This document shows positions 53,971 to 64,000 of a stretch of DNA of 64,000 bases, piece by piece. Below the pieces are notes generated by a model that was given only the letters and a program-made list of their open reading frames with translations, was not told where the DNA came from and searched no databases. Numbering within the stretch: the first letter of the stretch is position 1; the number at the start of each line of letters is the position of its first letter. The translations under genes and the position numbers were made by a program. This stretch comes from Escherichia coli (lineage in GTDB: Bacteria > Pseudomonadota > Gammaproteobacteria > Enterobacterales > Enterobacteriaceae), in assembly GCF_003018255.1 (NCBI RefSeq), contig NZ_CP027440.1; one strand, given 5' to 3'.

Positions 53971-54666
53971 GTGAACAGTTTTAACGAAGGGGTGGTTTCA
54001 CCCCTTTTGTCTTTCTGGCGTCGATCATTGATGCTGGCTGGCGCTCTGTTTCTCACTGCTTGTAGTCACAACTCTTCACTTCCTCCCTTTACCGCCAGTG
54101 GATTTGCTGAAGACCAGGGCGCGGTACGCATCTGGCGAAAAGACAGCGGCGATAATGTGCATCTTCTTGCCGTGTTTAGCCCGTGGCGCAGTGGCGATAC
54201 GACGACGCGAGAGTATCGCTGGCAGGGCGATAACCTCACGCTCATCAATATCAATGTTTACAGCAAACCCCCGGTGAATATTCGCGCGCGTTTTGACGAT
54301 CGCGGCGATCTGAGCTTTATGCAACGCGAATCCGATGGGGAAAAGCAGCAGCTTTCTAACGACCAAATCGATTTATACCGTTATCGTGCTGATCAGATCC
54401 GCCAGATTAGCGATGCCTTACGTCAGGGGAGAGTCGTGCTGCGCCAGGGGCGCTGGCATGCGATGGAGCAGACTGTGACCACCTGCGAAGGGCAAACCAT
54501 TAAACCTGATTTAGATTCGCAGGCGATAGCGCATATCGAGCGCCGCCAGAGCCGCTCTTCTGTTGATGTCAGCGTGGCATGGCTGGAAGCGCCCGAAGGT
54601 TCGCAATTACTGTTGGTGGCAAACTCTGATTTCTGTCGCTGGCAACCCAACGAGAAAACGTTCTGA
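53971..54666 (+). CDS. yjaH: DUF1481 family putative lipoprotein YjaH (start codon uncertain)
   Basis: ORF 53965..54666; N-terminal region ...SFWRRSLMLAGALFLTACSHN has an n-region/h-region/lipobox (LTAC) signal; candidate starts are GTG 53965/53971/53989, TTG 54006 or ATG 54031. Confidence 0.7.
   Translation: MNSFNEGVVSPLLSFWRRSLMLAGALFLTACSHNSSLPPFTASGFAEDQGAVRIWRKDSGDNVHLLAVFSPWRSGDTTTREYRWQGDNLTLININVYSKPPVNIRARFDDRGDLSFMQRESDGEKQQLSNDQIDLYRYRADQIRQISDALRQGRVVLRQGRWHAMEQTVTTCEGQTIKPDLDSQAIAHIERRQSRSSVDVSVAWLEAPEGSQLLLVANSDFCRWQPNEKTF
53987..54012 (+). terminator. hupA rho-independent terminator
   Basis: AAGGGGTGGTTTCACCCCTTTTGTCTTT hairpin plus T-run about 30 nt after the hupA stop. Confidence 0.75.
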
Positions 54667-54667
54667 T

Positions 54668-55087
54668 TTACCAGTGGTCCATACCCATATGACCGCCACC
54701 ACCGCAGCCGCCGTAACCCATTCCGGTACCGCGCGGAATACCCGCTTCAGCCATCGCAATATCTCGTTTCACCCGTAACTCATCTAACGACTGACGCAAA
54801 TTCTCCATCTCTTTGGCGACCGCGTTAATTTTGCTGCTATCCGGTGGGTTCGCGGCTAACAGGGCATTGTATTCATAACGCTTTGTTACCAGTTGCTGTT
54901 GCAGTGCGCTGCTTTGAGCGTAAAAGTCATTATGGATTTTCTGCCACGCTGTCTGTTGTTCGCTGGTCAAAGGCGCGGCATTTTGCTGCCACATACCGTG
55001 TCCGCCGTGAGCAAATGCCGATGTCGATCCCATCGCCATTGCTGAAAGCGCCATCATTACCAGGGCAATTTTCGTGTTCCGTTTCAT
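54668..55087 (-). CDS. zraP: Zinc resistance-associated periplasmic protein ZraP (139 aa)
   Basis: ORF 54668..55228; internal Met with RBS GGAGGA gives MKRNTKIALVMMALSAMAMGSTSAFAHGGHGMWQQNAAPLTSEQQTAWQKIH; Gly/His-rich C-terminus. Confidence 0.92.
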   Translation of the reverse strand: MKRNTKIALVMMALSAMAMGSTSAFAHGGHGMWQQNAAPLTSEQQTAWQKIHNDFYAQSSALQQQLVTKRYEYNALLAANPPDSSKINAVAKEMENLRQSLDELRVKRDIAMAEAGIPRGTGMGYGGCGGGGHMGMDHW

Positions 55088-55122
55088 GGTTAATCCTCCA
55101 GTGGTTGTCTTACTTCGGGTAT

Positions 55123-55138
55123 TGCATCTTCCGTGCCA
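55123..55138 (-). promoter_or_regulatory. sigma-54 (-24/-12) promoter of zraP
   Basis: Reverse strand reads TGGCACGGAAGATGCA (GG-N10-GC spacing) about 35 nt upstream of the zraP ATG. Confidence 0.7.
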
Positions 55139-55180
55139 ACGATGAAACGCTGATATGACGGGTAATCTGGCATGATAAAC

Positions 55181-55226
55181 GAGTAAAAATGACTCGCCTG
55201 CTGCGGGTAGCGAGTCATTTTTACTC
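55181..55226. promoter_or_regulatory. ZraR upstream activating sequence: perfect 17-bp inverted repeat
   Basis: GAGTAAAAATGACTCGC-N12-GCGAGTCATTTTTACTC lying between the divergent sigma-54 promoters of zraP and zraS. Confidence 0.7.
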
Positions 55227-55277
55227 ATTGAAACTTAAGCCTTTGTGTTACAGCGCAGGGTAAGCGCTGATAAAAGA

Positions 55278-55293
55278 TGGCATGATTTCTGCT
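55278..55293 (+). promoter_or_regulatory. sigma-54 (-24/-12) promoter of zraSR
   Basis: TGGCATGATTTCTGCT with GG and GC at consensus spacing, about 30 nt upstream of the zraS start. Confidence 0.65.
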
Positions 55294-55324
55294 GTCAGAA
55301 AGGGATGAGCAGGCAAAGAAGAAG

Positions 55325-56701
55325 ATGCGTTTTATGCAACGTTCTAAAGACTCCTTAGCTAAATGGTTAAGCGCGATCCTCCCCGTGGTCATTGTTGGGC
55401 TGGTGGGGCTGTTTGCGGTGACAGTGATTCGCGATTACGGGCGCGAGACTGCAGCCGCCAGACAAACGCTGCTGGAAAAAGGCAGTGTACTTATCCGTGC
55501 TCTCGAATCCGGCTCGCGCGTCGGCATGGGGATGCGCATGCATCATGCGCAGCAGCAGGCATTACTGGAAGAAATGGCCGGGCAGCCTGGTGTACGTTGG
55601 TTTGCGGTCACGGATGAACAAGGAACAATCGTGATGCATAGCAACTCCGGCATGGTGGGAAAACAGCTTTATTCCCCGCAGGAAATGCAGCAGTTACATC
55701 CGGGAGATGAAGAAGCGTGGCGGCGGATCGATAGCGCAGACGGCGAGCCTGTTCTGGAAATTTATCGCCAGTTTCAACCGATGTTTGCTGCTGGAATGCA
55801 CCGGATGCGCCATATGCAGCAGTATGCCGCGACACCACAAGCAATTTTTATCGCTTTCGACGCCAGTAACATTGTGAGTGCCGAAGATCGTGAGCAGAGA
55901 AACACCCTGATTATCCTCTTCGCCCTGGCGACGGTCTTGCTGGCAAGCGTGTTGTCATTCTTCTGGTATCGCCGATATCTGCGCTCGGGCCAGCTGTTGC
56001 AGGATGAAATGAAGCGCAAAGAGAAGCTGGTGGCACTGGGGCATCTTGCGGCAGGCGTTGCCCACGAAATCCGTAACCCACTTTCCTCGATTAAAGGGCT
56101 GGCGAAATACTTTGCCGAACGCGCGCCAGCAGGGGGAGAAGCGCATCAACTGGCGCAGGTGATGGCGAAAGAAGCCGACCGTTTAAACCGCGTGGTAAGC
56201 GAGTTGCTGGAACTGGTTAAGCCAACGCATCTGGCTTTGCAGGCGGTGGATCTCAACACGCTGATTAACCACTCATTACAGCTGGTAAGCCAGGATGCAA
56301 ACAGCCGGGAGATCCAGTTACGCTTTACCGCCAACGACACATTACCGGAAATTCAGGCCGATCCGGACAGGCTGACTCAGGTCCTGTTGAATCTCTATCT
56401 CAATGCTATTCAGGCGATTGGTCAGCATGGCGTGATTAGCGTGACGGCCAGCGAAAGCGGCACGGGTGTGAAAATCAGCGTTACCGACAGCGGTAAGGGA
56501 ATTGCGGCGGATCAGCTTGAAGCCATCTTCACCCCGTATTTCACCACGAAGGCCGAAGGCACCGGACTGGGGCTGGCGGTCGTGCATAATATTGTTGAAC
56601 AACACGGTGGTACAATTCAGGTCGCAAGCCAGGTGGGAAAAGGCGCAACGTTCACCCTCTGGCTTCCGGTCACTATTACGCGTAAGGACCCACAAGGATG
56701 A
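55325..56701 (+). CDS. zraS: Sensor histidine kinase ZraS (458 aa)
   Basis: MRFMQRSKDSLAKWLSAILPVVIVGLVGLFAVTVIRDYGRE; H-box LGHLAAGVAHEIRNPL; HATPase_c G-boxes (DSGKGI, GTGLGLAV). Confidence 0.94.
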   Translation: MRFMQRSKDSLAKWLSAILPVVIVGLVGLFAVTVIRDYGRETAAARQTLLEKGSVLIRALESGSRVGMGMRMHHAQQQALLEEMAGQPGVRWFAVTDEQGTIVMHSNSGMVGKQLYSPQEMQQLHPGDEEAWRRIDSADGEPVLEIYRQFQPMFAAGMHRMRHMQQYAATPQAIFIAFDASNIVSAEDREQRNTLIILFALATVLLASVLSFFWYRRYLRSGQLLQDEMKRKEKLVALGHLAAGVAHEIRNPLSSIKGLAKYFAERAPAGGEAHQLAQVMAKEADRLNRVVSELLELVKPTHLALQAVDLNTLINHSLQLVSQDANSREIQLRFTANDTLPEIQADPDRLTQVLLNLYLNAIQAIGQHGVISVTASESGTGVKISVTDSGKGIAADQLEAIFTPYFTTKAEGTGLGLAVVHNIVEQHGGTIQVASQVGKGATFTLWLPVTITRKDPQG

Positions 56702-58023
56702 CGCACGATAATATCGATATTCTGGTGGTGGATGATGACATTAGCCACTGCACTATTTTGCAGGCTTTGCTGCGCGGCTGGGGCTATAACGTCGCGCTGG
56801 CGAACAGCGGGCGACAGGCGCTGGAGCAGGTGCGGGAACAGGTTTTTGATCTTGTGCTTTGCGATGTGCGAATGGCGGAGATGGACGGCATTGCCACGCT
56901 AAAAGAGATCAAAGCGCTAAATCCGGCGATTCCGGTACTGATTATGACCGCATACTCCAGCGTCGAGACGGCGGTAGAGGCACTGAAAACCGGGGCGCTG
57001 GATTATCTCATCAAGCCGCTGGATTTCGATAACCTGCAGGCGACGCTGGAAAAGGCGCTCGCACATACGCACAGTGTTGACGCTGAAACGCCTGCGGTGT
57101 CTGCCAGCCAGTTCGGTATGGTAGGTAAAAGCCCGGCGATGCAACACCTGCTCAGTGAAATCGCCCTCGTCGCGCCATCGGAAGCCACAGTGCTGATCCA
57201 CGGCGATTCCGGCACCGGTAAAGAGCTGGTCGCAAGGGCGATTCACGCCAGTAGCGCACGGAGTGAAAAACCACTGGTAACGCTCAACTGTGCGGCACTC
57301 AACGAATCCTTGCTGGAATCTGAATTGTTCGGTCACGAAAAAGGGGCGTTTACCGGAGCCGATAAACGCCGGGAAGGGCGCTTTGTTGAGGCGGACGGCG
57401 GCACGCTGTTTCTCGATGAAATTGGCGATATCTCGCCGATGATGCAGGTTCGTCTGCTGCGTGCGATTCAGGAGCGCGAAGTTCAGCGTGTCGGCAGCAA
57501 CCAGACCATCTCGGTTGATGTCCGGCTGATTGCGGCGACTCATCGCGATCTTGCCGCAGAGGTGAATGCCGGGCGTTTTCGCCAGGATCTCTACTATCGC
57601 CTGAACGTGGTGGCGATTGAAGTTCCGTCGCTGCGTCAGCGGCGGGAAGATATTCCTCTGCTGGCAAACCATTTTCTTCAGCGCTTTGCCGAGCGTAATC
57701 GTAAGGCGGTAAAAGGTTTTACGCCCCAGGCGATGGATCTGCTGATTCACTACGACTGGCCGGGAAATATTCGTGAACTGGAAAACACGGTGGAACGGGC
57801 GGTGGTGCTGCTGACCGGGGAATATATTTCCGAACGCGAGCTGCCGCTGGCGATTGCGAGTACGCCGATCCCGCTGGTACAAAGTCAGGATATTCAGCCG
57901 CTGGTGGAAGTCGAAAAAGAGGTGATTCTGGCGGCGCTGGAGAAAACGGGCGGCAACAAAACCGAAGCCGCCCGCCAGTTAGGGATCACGCGCAAAACGC
58001 TATTGGCAAAACTGTCGCGTTAG
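56698..58023 (+). CDS. zraR: sigma-54-dependent response regulator ZraR (441 aa)
   Basis: Receiver domain (DILVVDDD...[10 protein letters not shown]), AAA+ sigma-54 interaction domain ([14 protein letters not shown]), C-terminal Fis-type HTH; overlaps zraS stop. Confidence 0.95.
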   Translation: MTHDNIDILVVDDDISHCTILQALLRGWGYNVALANSGRQALEQVREQVFDLVLCDVRMAEMDGIATLKEIKALNPAIPVLIMTAYSSVETAVEALKTGALDYLIKPLDFDNLQATLEKALAHTHSVDAETPAVSASQFGMVGKSPAMQHLLSEIALVAPSEATVLIHGDSGTGKELVARAIHASSARSEKPLVTLNCAALNESLLESELFGHEKGAFTGADKRREGRFVEADGGTLFLDEIGDISPMMQVRLLRAIQEREVQRVGSNQTISVDVRLIAATHRDLAAEVNAGRFRQDLYYRLNVVAIEVPSLRQRREDIPLLANHFLQRFAERNRKAVKGFTPQAMDLLIHYDWPGNIRELENTVERAVVLLTGEYISERELPLAIASTPIPLVQSQDIQPLVEVEKEVILAALEKTGGNKTEAARQLGITRKTLLAKLSR

Positions 58024-59309
58024 TTCTGCTCGCGTTCGATAGCGCGCCAGCCGATATCTTTCCGGCAGAAGCAGTCGTCCCAATGGATATCGGTCATTAA
58101 GGCATAAGCGCGTTTCTGCGCTTCTGCCACGGTATGACCCAGCGCGGTAACGCACAGTACGCGCCCGCCGCTGGTCACTACCTGCTCGTCATCCGCTAGT
58201 TTCGTGCCCGCGTGGAACACTTTGCCGTCTGCCACTTCTTCCAGCGGCAGGCCGTGGATCACATCGCCGGTGCGGTAATCGCCCGGATATCCACCCGCAG
58301 CCATCACCACGCCGAGAGAAGCGCGTTCATCCCACTCGGACGTTTTCTCGTCCAGCTTGCCTTCACAGGCCGCCAGGCAGAGCTCAACCAGATCGGACTT
58401 CATGCGCAGCATAATCGGCTGGGTTTCTGGATCGCCAAAGCGGCAGTTAAATTCAATAACCTTCGGATTGCCCTGTTTGTCGATCATCAGGCCCGCGTAG
58501 AGAAAACCAGTGTAGGTGTTGCCTTCTGCCGCCATGCCTTTCACGGTTGGCCAGATGATTCGTTCCATCGTGCGCTGATGAACTTCATCGGTTACTACCG
58601 GCGCGGGGGAGTAAGCGCCCATCCCGCCCGTGTTTGGTCCGGTATCTTTATCGCCTACGCGTTTGTGATCCTGGCTGGTAGCCATCGGCAGCACATGCTC
58701 GCCGTCCACCATCACGATAAAGCTCGCTTCTTCGCCATCGAGGAACTCTTCGATAACGATGCGATGACCCGCGTCGCCAAACGCGTTGCCCGCCAGCATA
58801 TCGTGAACAGCTGCTTCAGCTTCTTCCAGCGTCATCGCCACGATAACGCCTTTCCCGGCTGCCAGACCGTCAGCTTTAATGACGATTGGCGCGCCTTTCT
58901 CACGCAGATACGCCAGCGCAGGTTCTACCTCGGTGAAGTTCTGGTATTCCGCTGTGGGAATGTTATGGCGGGCCAGAAAGTCTTTGGTGAATGCTTTAGA
59001 ACCTTCCAGTTGTGCGGCACCTGCGGTTGGGCCGAAGATTTTCAGCCCGGCGGCGCGGAAGGTATCGACTACGCCTTTCACCAGCGGCGCTTCCGGGCCG
59101 ACGATGGTTAGATCGATCTTTTCGTTTTGCGCGAAATCCAGCAGCGCCGGGATATCGGTTACGCCGATAGCGACGTTTTGCAGTGTGGGTTCCAGCGCAG
59201 TGCCTGCATTACCCGGAGCAACAAAAACAGTTTCAACCAGCGGCGACTGGGCCGCTTTCCAGGCCAGCGCGTGCTCGCGCCCGCCGTTACCAATCACTAA
59301 TACTTTCAT
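58020..59309 (-). CDS. purD: Phosphoribosylamine-glycine ligase PurD (429 aa)
   Basis: ORF 58020..59321; internal start MKVLVIGNGGREHALAWKAAQSPLVETVFVAPGNAGTA; 3' end overlaps zraR stop by 4 bp (convergent). Confidence 0.95.
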   Translation of the reverse strand: MKVLVIGNGGREHALAWKAAQSPLVETVFVAPGNAGTALEPTLQNVAIGVTDIPALLDFAQNEKIDLTIVGPEAPLVKGVVDTFRAAGLKIFGPTAGAAQLEGSKAFTKDFLARHNIPTAEYQNFTEVEPALAYLREKGAPIVIKADGLAAGKGVIVAMTLEEAEAAVHDMLAGNAFGDAGHRIVIEEFLDGEEASFIVMVDGEHVLPMATSQDHKRVGDKDTGPNTGGMGAYSPAPVVTDEVHQRTMERIIWPTVKGMAAEGNTYTGFLYAGLMIDKQGNPKVIEFNCRFGDPETQPIMLRMKSDLVELCLAACEGKLDEKTSEWDERASLGVVMAAGGYPGDYRTGDVIHGLPLEEVADGKVFHAGTKLADDEQVVTSGGRVLCVTALGHTVAEAQKRAYALMTDIHWDDCFCRKDIGWRAIEREQN

Positions 59310-59320
59310 CTGTCGCTCCA

Positions 59321-60910
59321 TTAATGGCGGAAGTGGCGCATGTCGGTGAAGAGCATCGCAATACCGTGCTCGTCGGCGGCGGCAATCACTTCGTCATCAC
59401 GGATAGAACCGCCAGGCTGGATTACGCAGGTCACACCCGCAGCGGCGGCGGCATCAATACCGTCGCGGAACGGGAAGAACGCGTCAGAAGCCATCGAGGA
59501 ACCTTTCACTTCCAGGCCTTCATCGGCCGCTTTAATACCGGCGATTTTTGCGGAGTACACGCGGCTCATCTGGCCCGCGCCAATGCCGATGGTCATATTG
59601 TTTTTGGCATAGACAATGGCGTTGGATTTCACGAACTTCGCCACTTTCCAGCAGAACAGCGCATCACGCAGTTCCTGTTCGGTCGGCTGACGTTTGGTGA
59701 CGACGCGCAGTTCTTCTGCACCGACCATGCCCAGGTCGCGATCCTGAACCAGCAGACCGCCGTTAACACGTTTGAAATCAAGACCCGGAACACGCTCGCC
59801 CCACTGACCGCAGGTCAGGACGCGTACGTTCTGTTTGGCGGCGGTGATTTTCAGGGCTTCTTCGCTGGCGGACGGCGCAATAATCACTTCAACAAACTGA
59901 CGAGAAATGATGGCCTGCGCGGTTTCCGCATCCAGCTCGCGGTTAAAGGCGATAATGCCGCCGAATGCGGAGGTCGGGTCGGTTTTGTACGCGCGATCGT
60001 AAGCATCAAGAATGGAATTGCTGATAGCCACGCCGCACGGGTTGGCGTGCTTCACAATCACACATGCTGGCTCGGCGAACTCTTTCACGCACTCCAGCGC
60101 CGCATCGGTATCGGCGATGTTGTTATAAGAGAGGGCCTTACCCTGAACCTGGGTTGCGGTGGCAACAGAGGCTTCTTTCACGTTCTCTTCTATATAGAAG
60201 GCAGCCTGCTGGTGGCTGTTCTCGCCGTAACGCATATCCTGCTTCTTAATGAAGTTCAGGTTCAGCGTGCGTGGGAAGCGACCGGCGGCTTCTTTGCTTT
60301 CACCGTGGTAAGCCGGAACCATGCTGCCGAAGTAGTTGGCAATCATGCTGTCGTAGGCGGCGGTATGTTCAAAGGCTTTGATAGCGAGATCGAAACGGGT
60401 TGCAAGCAGAAGCGATCCTTCGTTGGCATCCATCTCTTTAATGATGGCGTCGTAGTCGCTGCTCTTCACCACGATGGCGACATCTTTATGGTTCTTGGCG
60501 GCAGAGCGCACCATCGTCGGGCCGCCGATATCGATGTTCTCAACCGCATCTTCCAGCGAGCAACCTTCACGGGCAACGGTCTGGGCGAACGGATACAGGT
60601 TAACAACCACCATATCGATAGGCTGGATCTGATGTTCTTCCATAATGGCATCGTCCTGGCCGCGACGGCCCAGAATGCCACCATGTACTTTCGGATGCAG
60701 GGTCTTCACGCGTCCATCCATCATCTCCGGGAAACCGGTGTAATCGGAAACTTCGGTTACCGGCAGACCTTTTTCTGCTAACAGACGGGCTGTGCCCCCT
60801 GTAGACAGCAGCTCCACACCGCGTGCGGAAAGTGCCTGGGCGAATTCGACGATACCGGCTTTGTCAGAAACACTGAGCAGAGCGCGGCGGACTGGACGAC
60901 GTTGTTGCAT
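59321..60910 (-). CDS. purH: Bifunctional AICAR transformylase / IMP cyclohydrolase PurH (529 aa)
   Basis: [80 protein letters not shown]. Confidence 0.97.
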   Translation of the reverse strand: MQQRRPVRRALLSVSDKAGIVEFAQALSARGVELLSTGGTARLLAEKGLPVTEVSDYTGFPEMMDGRVKTLHPKVHGGILGRRGQDDAIMEEHQIQPIDMVVVNLYPFAQTVAREGCSLEDAVENIDIGGPTMVRSAAKNHKDVAIVVKSSDYDAIIKEMDANEGSLLLATRFDLAIKAFEHTAAYDSMIANYFGSMVPAYHGESKEAAGRFPRTLNLNFIKKQDMRYGENSHQQAAFYIEENVKEASVATATQVQGKALSYNNIADTDAALECVKEFAEPACVIVKHANPCGVAISNSILDAYDRAYKTDPTSAFGGIIAFNRELDAETAQAIISRQFVEVIIAPSASEEALKITAAKQNVRVLTCGQWGERVPGLDFKRVNGGLLVQDRDLGMVGAEELRVVTKRQPTEQELRDALFCWKVAKFVKSNAIVYAKNNMTIGIGAGQMSRVYSAKIAGIKAADEGLEVKGSSMASDAFFPFRDGIDAAAAAGVTCVIQPGGSIRDDEVIAAADEHGIAMLFTDMRHFRH

Positions 60911-61017
60911 GGTAAATCCCCTGGATTTGACTATTACAGAGAGCGTTAGCTGAATTTTTCGCGAAAAACTCAGCTAACGCCCCTAACGGGGCATCCTTAT
61001 TTTTCGCCCGCATTGTA

Positions 61018-61033
61018 ACGAAAACGTTTGCGC
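61018..61033. promoter_or_regulatory. PurR-box-like operator upstream of purHD
   Basis: ACGAAAACGTTTGCGC (reverse complement GCGCAAACGTTTTCGT) is a close match to the recalled pur-box consensus ACGCAAACGTTTTCTT; about 108 bp upstream of the purH start. Confidence 0.5.
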
Positions 61034-61204
61034 AACGCTCGCGAATTTTTCTCTTTCAATGGTGATCACAATTTTGACAGTGGCTACCGTGGGAAAAATA
61101 CAGAAATTACATTGATGATTGTGGATAACTCTGTGCGTAAAAAGGTATAAAGCGGGGTTTTGCTGGGGAATGCAGCAGTCAGTCATTTTTATGCAATTTT
61201 TCTA

Positions 61205-61232
61205 TTGCGACCTGCGGAGAACTCCCTATAAT
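61205..61232 (+). promoter_or_regulatory. rrnE P1 promoter
   Basis: -35 TTGCGA (61205-61210), 16-bp spacer, -10 TATAAT (61227-61232), GC-rich discriminator GCGCCTCC, AT-rich UP-like tract upstream. Confidence 0.75.
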
Positions 61233-61314
61233 GCGCCTCCATCGACACGGCGGATGTGAATCACTTCACACAAACAGCCGGTTCGGTTGAAGAGAAAAAT
61301 CCTGAAATTCAGGG

Positions 61315-61343
61315 TTGACTCTGAAAGAGGAAAGCGTAATATA
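61315..61343 (+). promoter_or_regulatory. rrnE P2 promoter
   Basis: -35 TTGACT (61315-61320), -10 TAATAT (61338-61343), followed by boxA TGCTCTTTAACAATTTATCA. Confidence 0.7.
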
Positions 61344-61526
61344 CGCCACCTCGCGACAGTGAGCTGAAAGCCGCGTCGCAGCTGCTCTTTAACAATTTAT
61401 CAGACAATCTGTGTGGGCACTCGAAGATACGGATTCTTAACGTCGCAAGACGAAAAATGAATACCAAGTCTCAAGAGTGAACACGTAATTCATTACGAAG
61501 TTTAATTCTTTGAGCATCAAACTTTT

Positions 61527-63068
<1,542 letters not shown>

Positions 63069-63153
63069 CCTTAAAGAAGCGTACTTTGCAGTGCTCACAC
63101 AGATTGTCTGATAGAAAGTGAAAAGCAAGGCGTCTTGCGAAGCAGACTGATAC

Positions 63154-63229
63154 GTCCCCTTCGTCTAGAGGCCCAGGACACCGCCCTTTCACGGCGGTAA
63201 CAGGGGTTCGAATCCCCTAGGGGACGCCA
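63154..63229 (+). tRNA. gltV: tRNA-Glu (UUC) in the rrnE spacer
   Basis: Same tRNA-Glu sequence as at 22873-22948. Confidence 0.95.
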
Positions 63230-63413
63230 CTTGCTGGTTTGTGAGTGAAAGTCACCTGCCTTAGTATCTCAAAACTCATCTTCGGGTGATGTTTGAGATA
63301 TTTGCTCTTTAAAAATCTGGATCAAGCTGAAAATTGAAACACTGAACAACGAAAGTTGTTCGTGAGTCTCTCAAATTTTCGCAACTCTGAAGTGAAACAT
63401 CTTCGGGTTGTGA

Positions 63414-64000
63414 GGTTAAGCGACTAAGCGTACACGGTGGATGCCCTGGCAGTCAGAGGCGATGAAGGACGTGCTAATCTGCGATAAGCGTCGGTAAGGT
63501 GATATGAACCGTTATAACCGGCGATTTCCGAATGGGGAAACCCAGTGTGATTCGTCACACTATCATTAACTGAATCCATAGGTTAATGAGGCGAACCGGG
63601 GGAACTGAAACATCTAAGTACCCCGAGGAAAAGAAATCAACCGAGATTCCCCCAGTAGCGGCGAGCGAACGGGGAGCAGCCCAGAGCCTGAATCAGTGTG
63701 TGTGTTAGTGGAAGCGTCTGGAAAGGCGCGCGATACAGGGTGACAGCCCCGTACACAAAAATGCACATACTGTGAGCTCGATGAGTAGGGCGGGACACGT
63801 GGTATCCTGTCTGAATATGGGGGGACCATCCTCCAAGGCTAAATACTCCTGACTGACCGATAGTGAACCAGTACCGTGAGGGAAAGGCGAAAAGAACCCC
63901 GGCGAGGGGAGTGAAAAAGAACCTGAAACCGTGTACGTACAAGCAGTGGGAGCCTCTTAATGGGGTGACTGCGTACCTTTTGTATAATGGGTCAGCGACT
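63414..64000 (+). rRNA. rrlE: 23S ribosomal RNA, 5' portion (continues past the window)
   Basis: Starts GGTTAAGCGACTAAGCGTACACGGTGGATGCC as for rrlB; truncated by the window edge. Confidence 0.95.

Noticed and set aside
56917-60781. Antisense ORFs opposite zraR, purD and purH (56917-57882 minus, 58212-59111 plus, 59183-60781 plus)
   Set aside because: Embedded opposite well-supported genes; Arg/Gly/His-rich translations typical of antisense GC-rich frames.

Overview
This window reads as an Escherichia coli chromosomal segment, in the gene order known from K-12 at roughly 89-90.5 min: yijO (5' end), eptC, ppc, argE/argCBH, oxyS/oxyR, sthA, fabR, yijD, trmA, btuB, murI, the rrnB operon, murB, birA, coaA, thrU-tyrU-glyT-thrT-tufB, secE-nusG, rplKAJL-rpoBC, thiCEFSGH, rsd, nudC, hemE, nfi, yjaG, hupA, yjaH, zraP/zraSR, purHD and the start of rrnE. 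Almost all of it is well-described core genome. All gene identities are from reading the translated ORFs and recalled reference sequences; no database search was run. I found no CRISPR array, transposase, integrase, prophage or recognisable defence system. The one clearly accessory piece is a ~3.1 kb insertion between argH and oxyS (9725-12825) carrying an RspA-like enolase-superfamily dehydratase and an ACS-family MFS transporter behind a very AT-rich leader; I read it as an uncharacterised acid-sugar uptake/dehydration module. Other departures from the K-12 reference, judged from memory, are a strongly mosaic btuB allele, a shortened single-hairpin terminator after 5S in rrnB, and no room for yjaZ/htrC between rpoC and thiH. 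Many six-frame ORFs are antisense or rRNA-internal artefacts and are rejected below.
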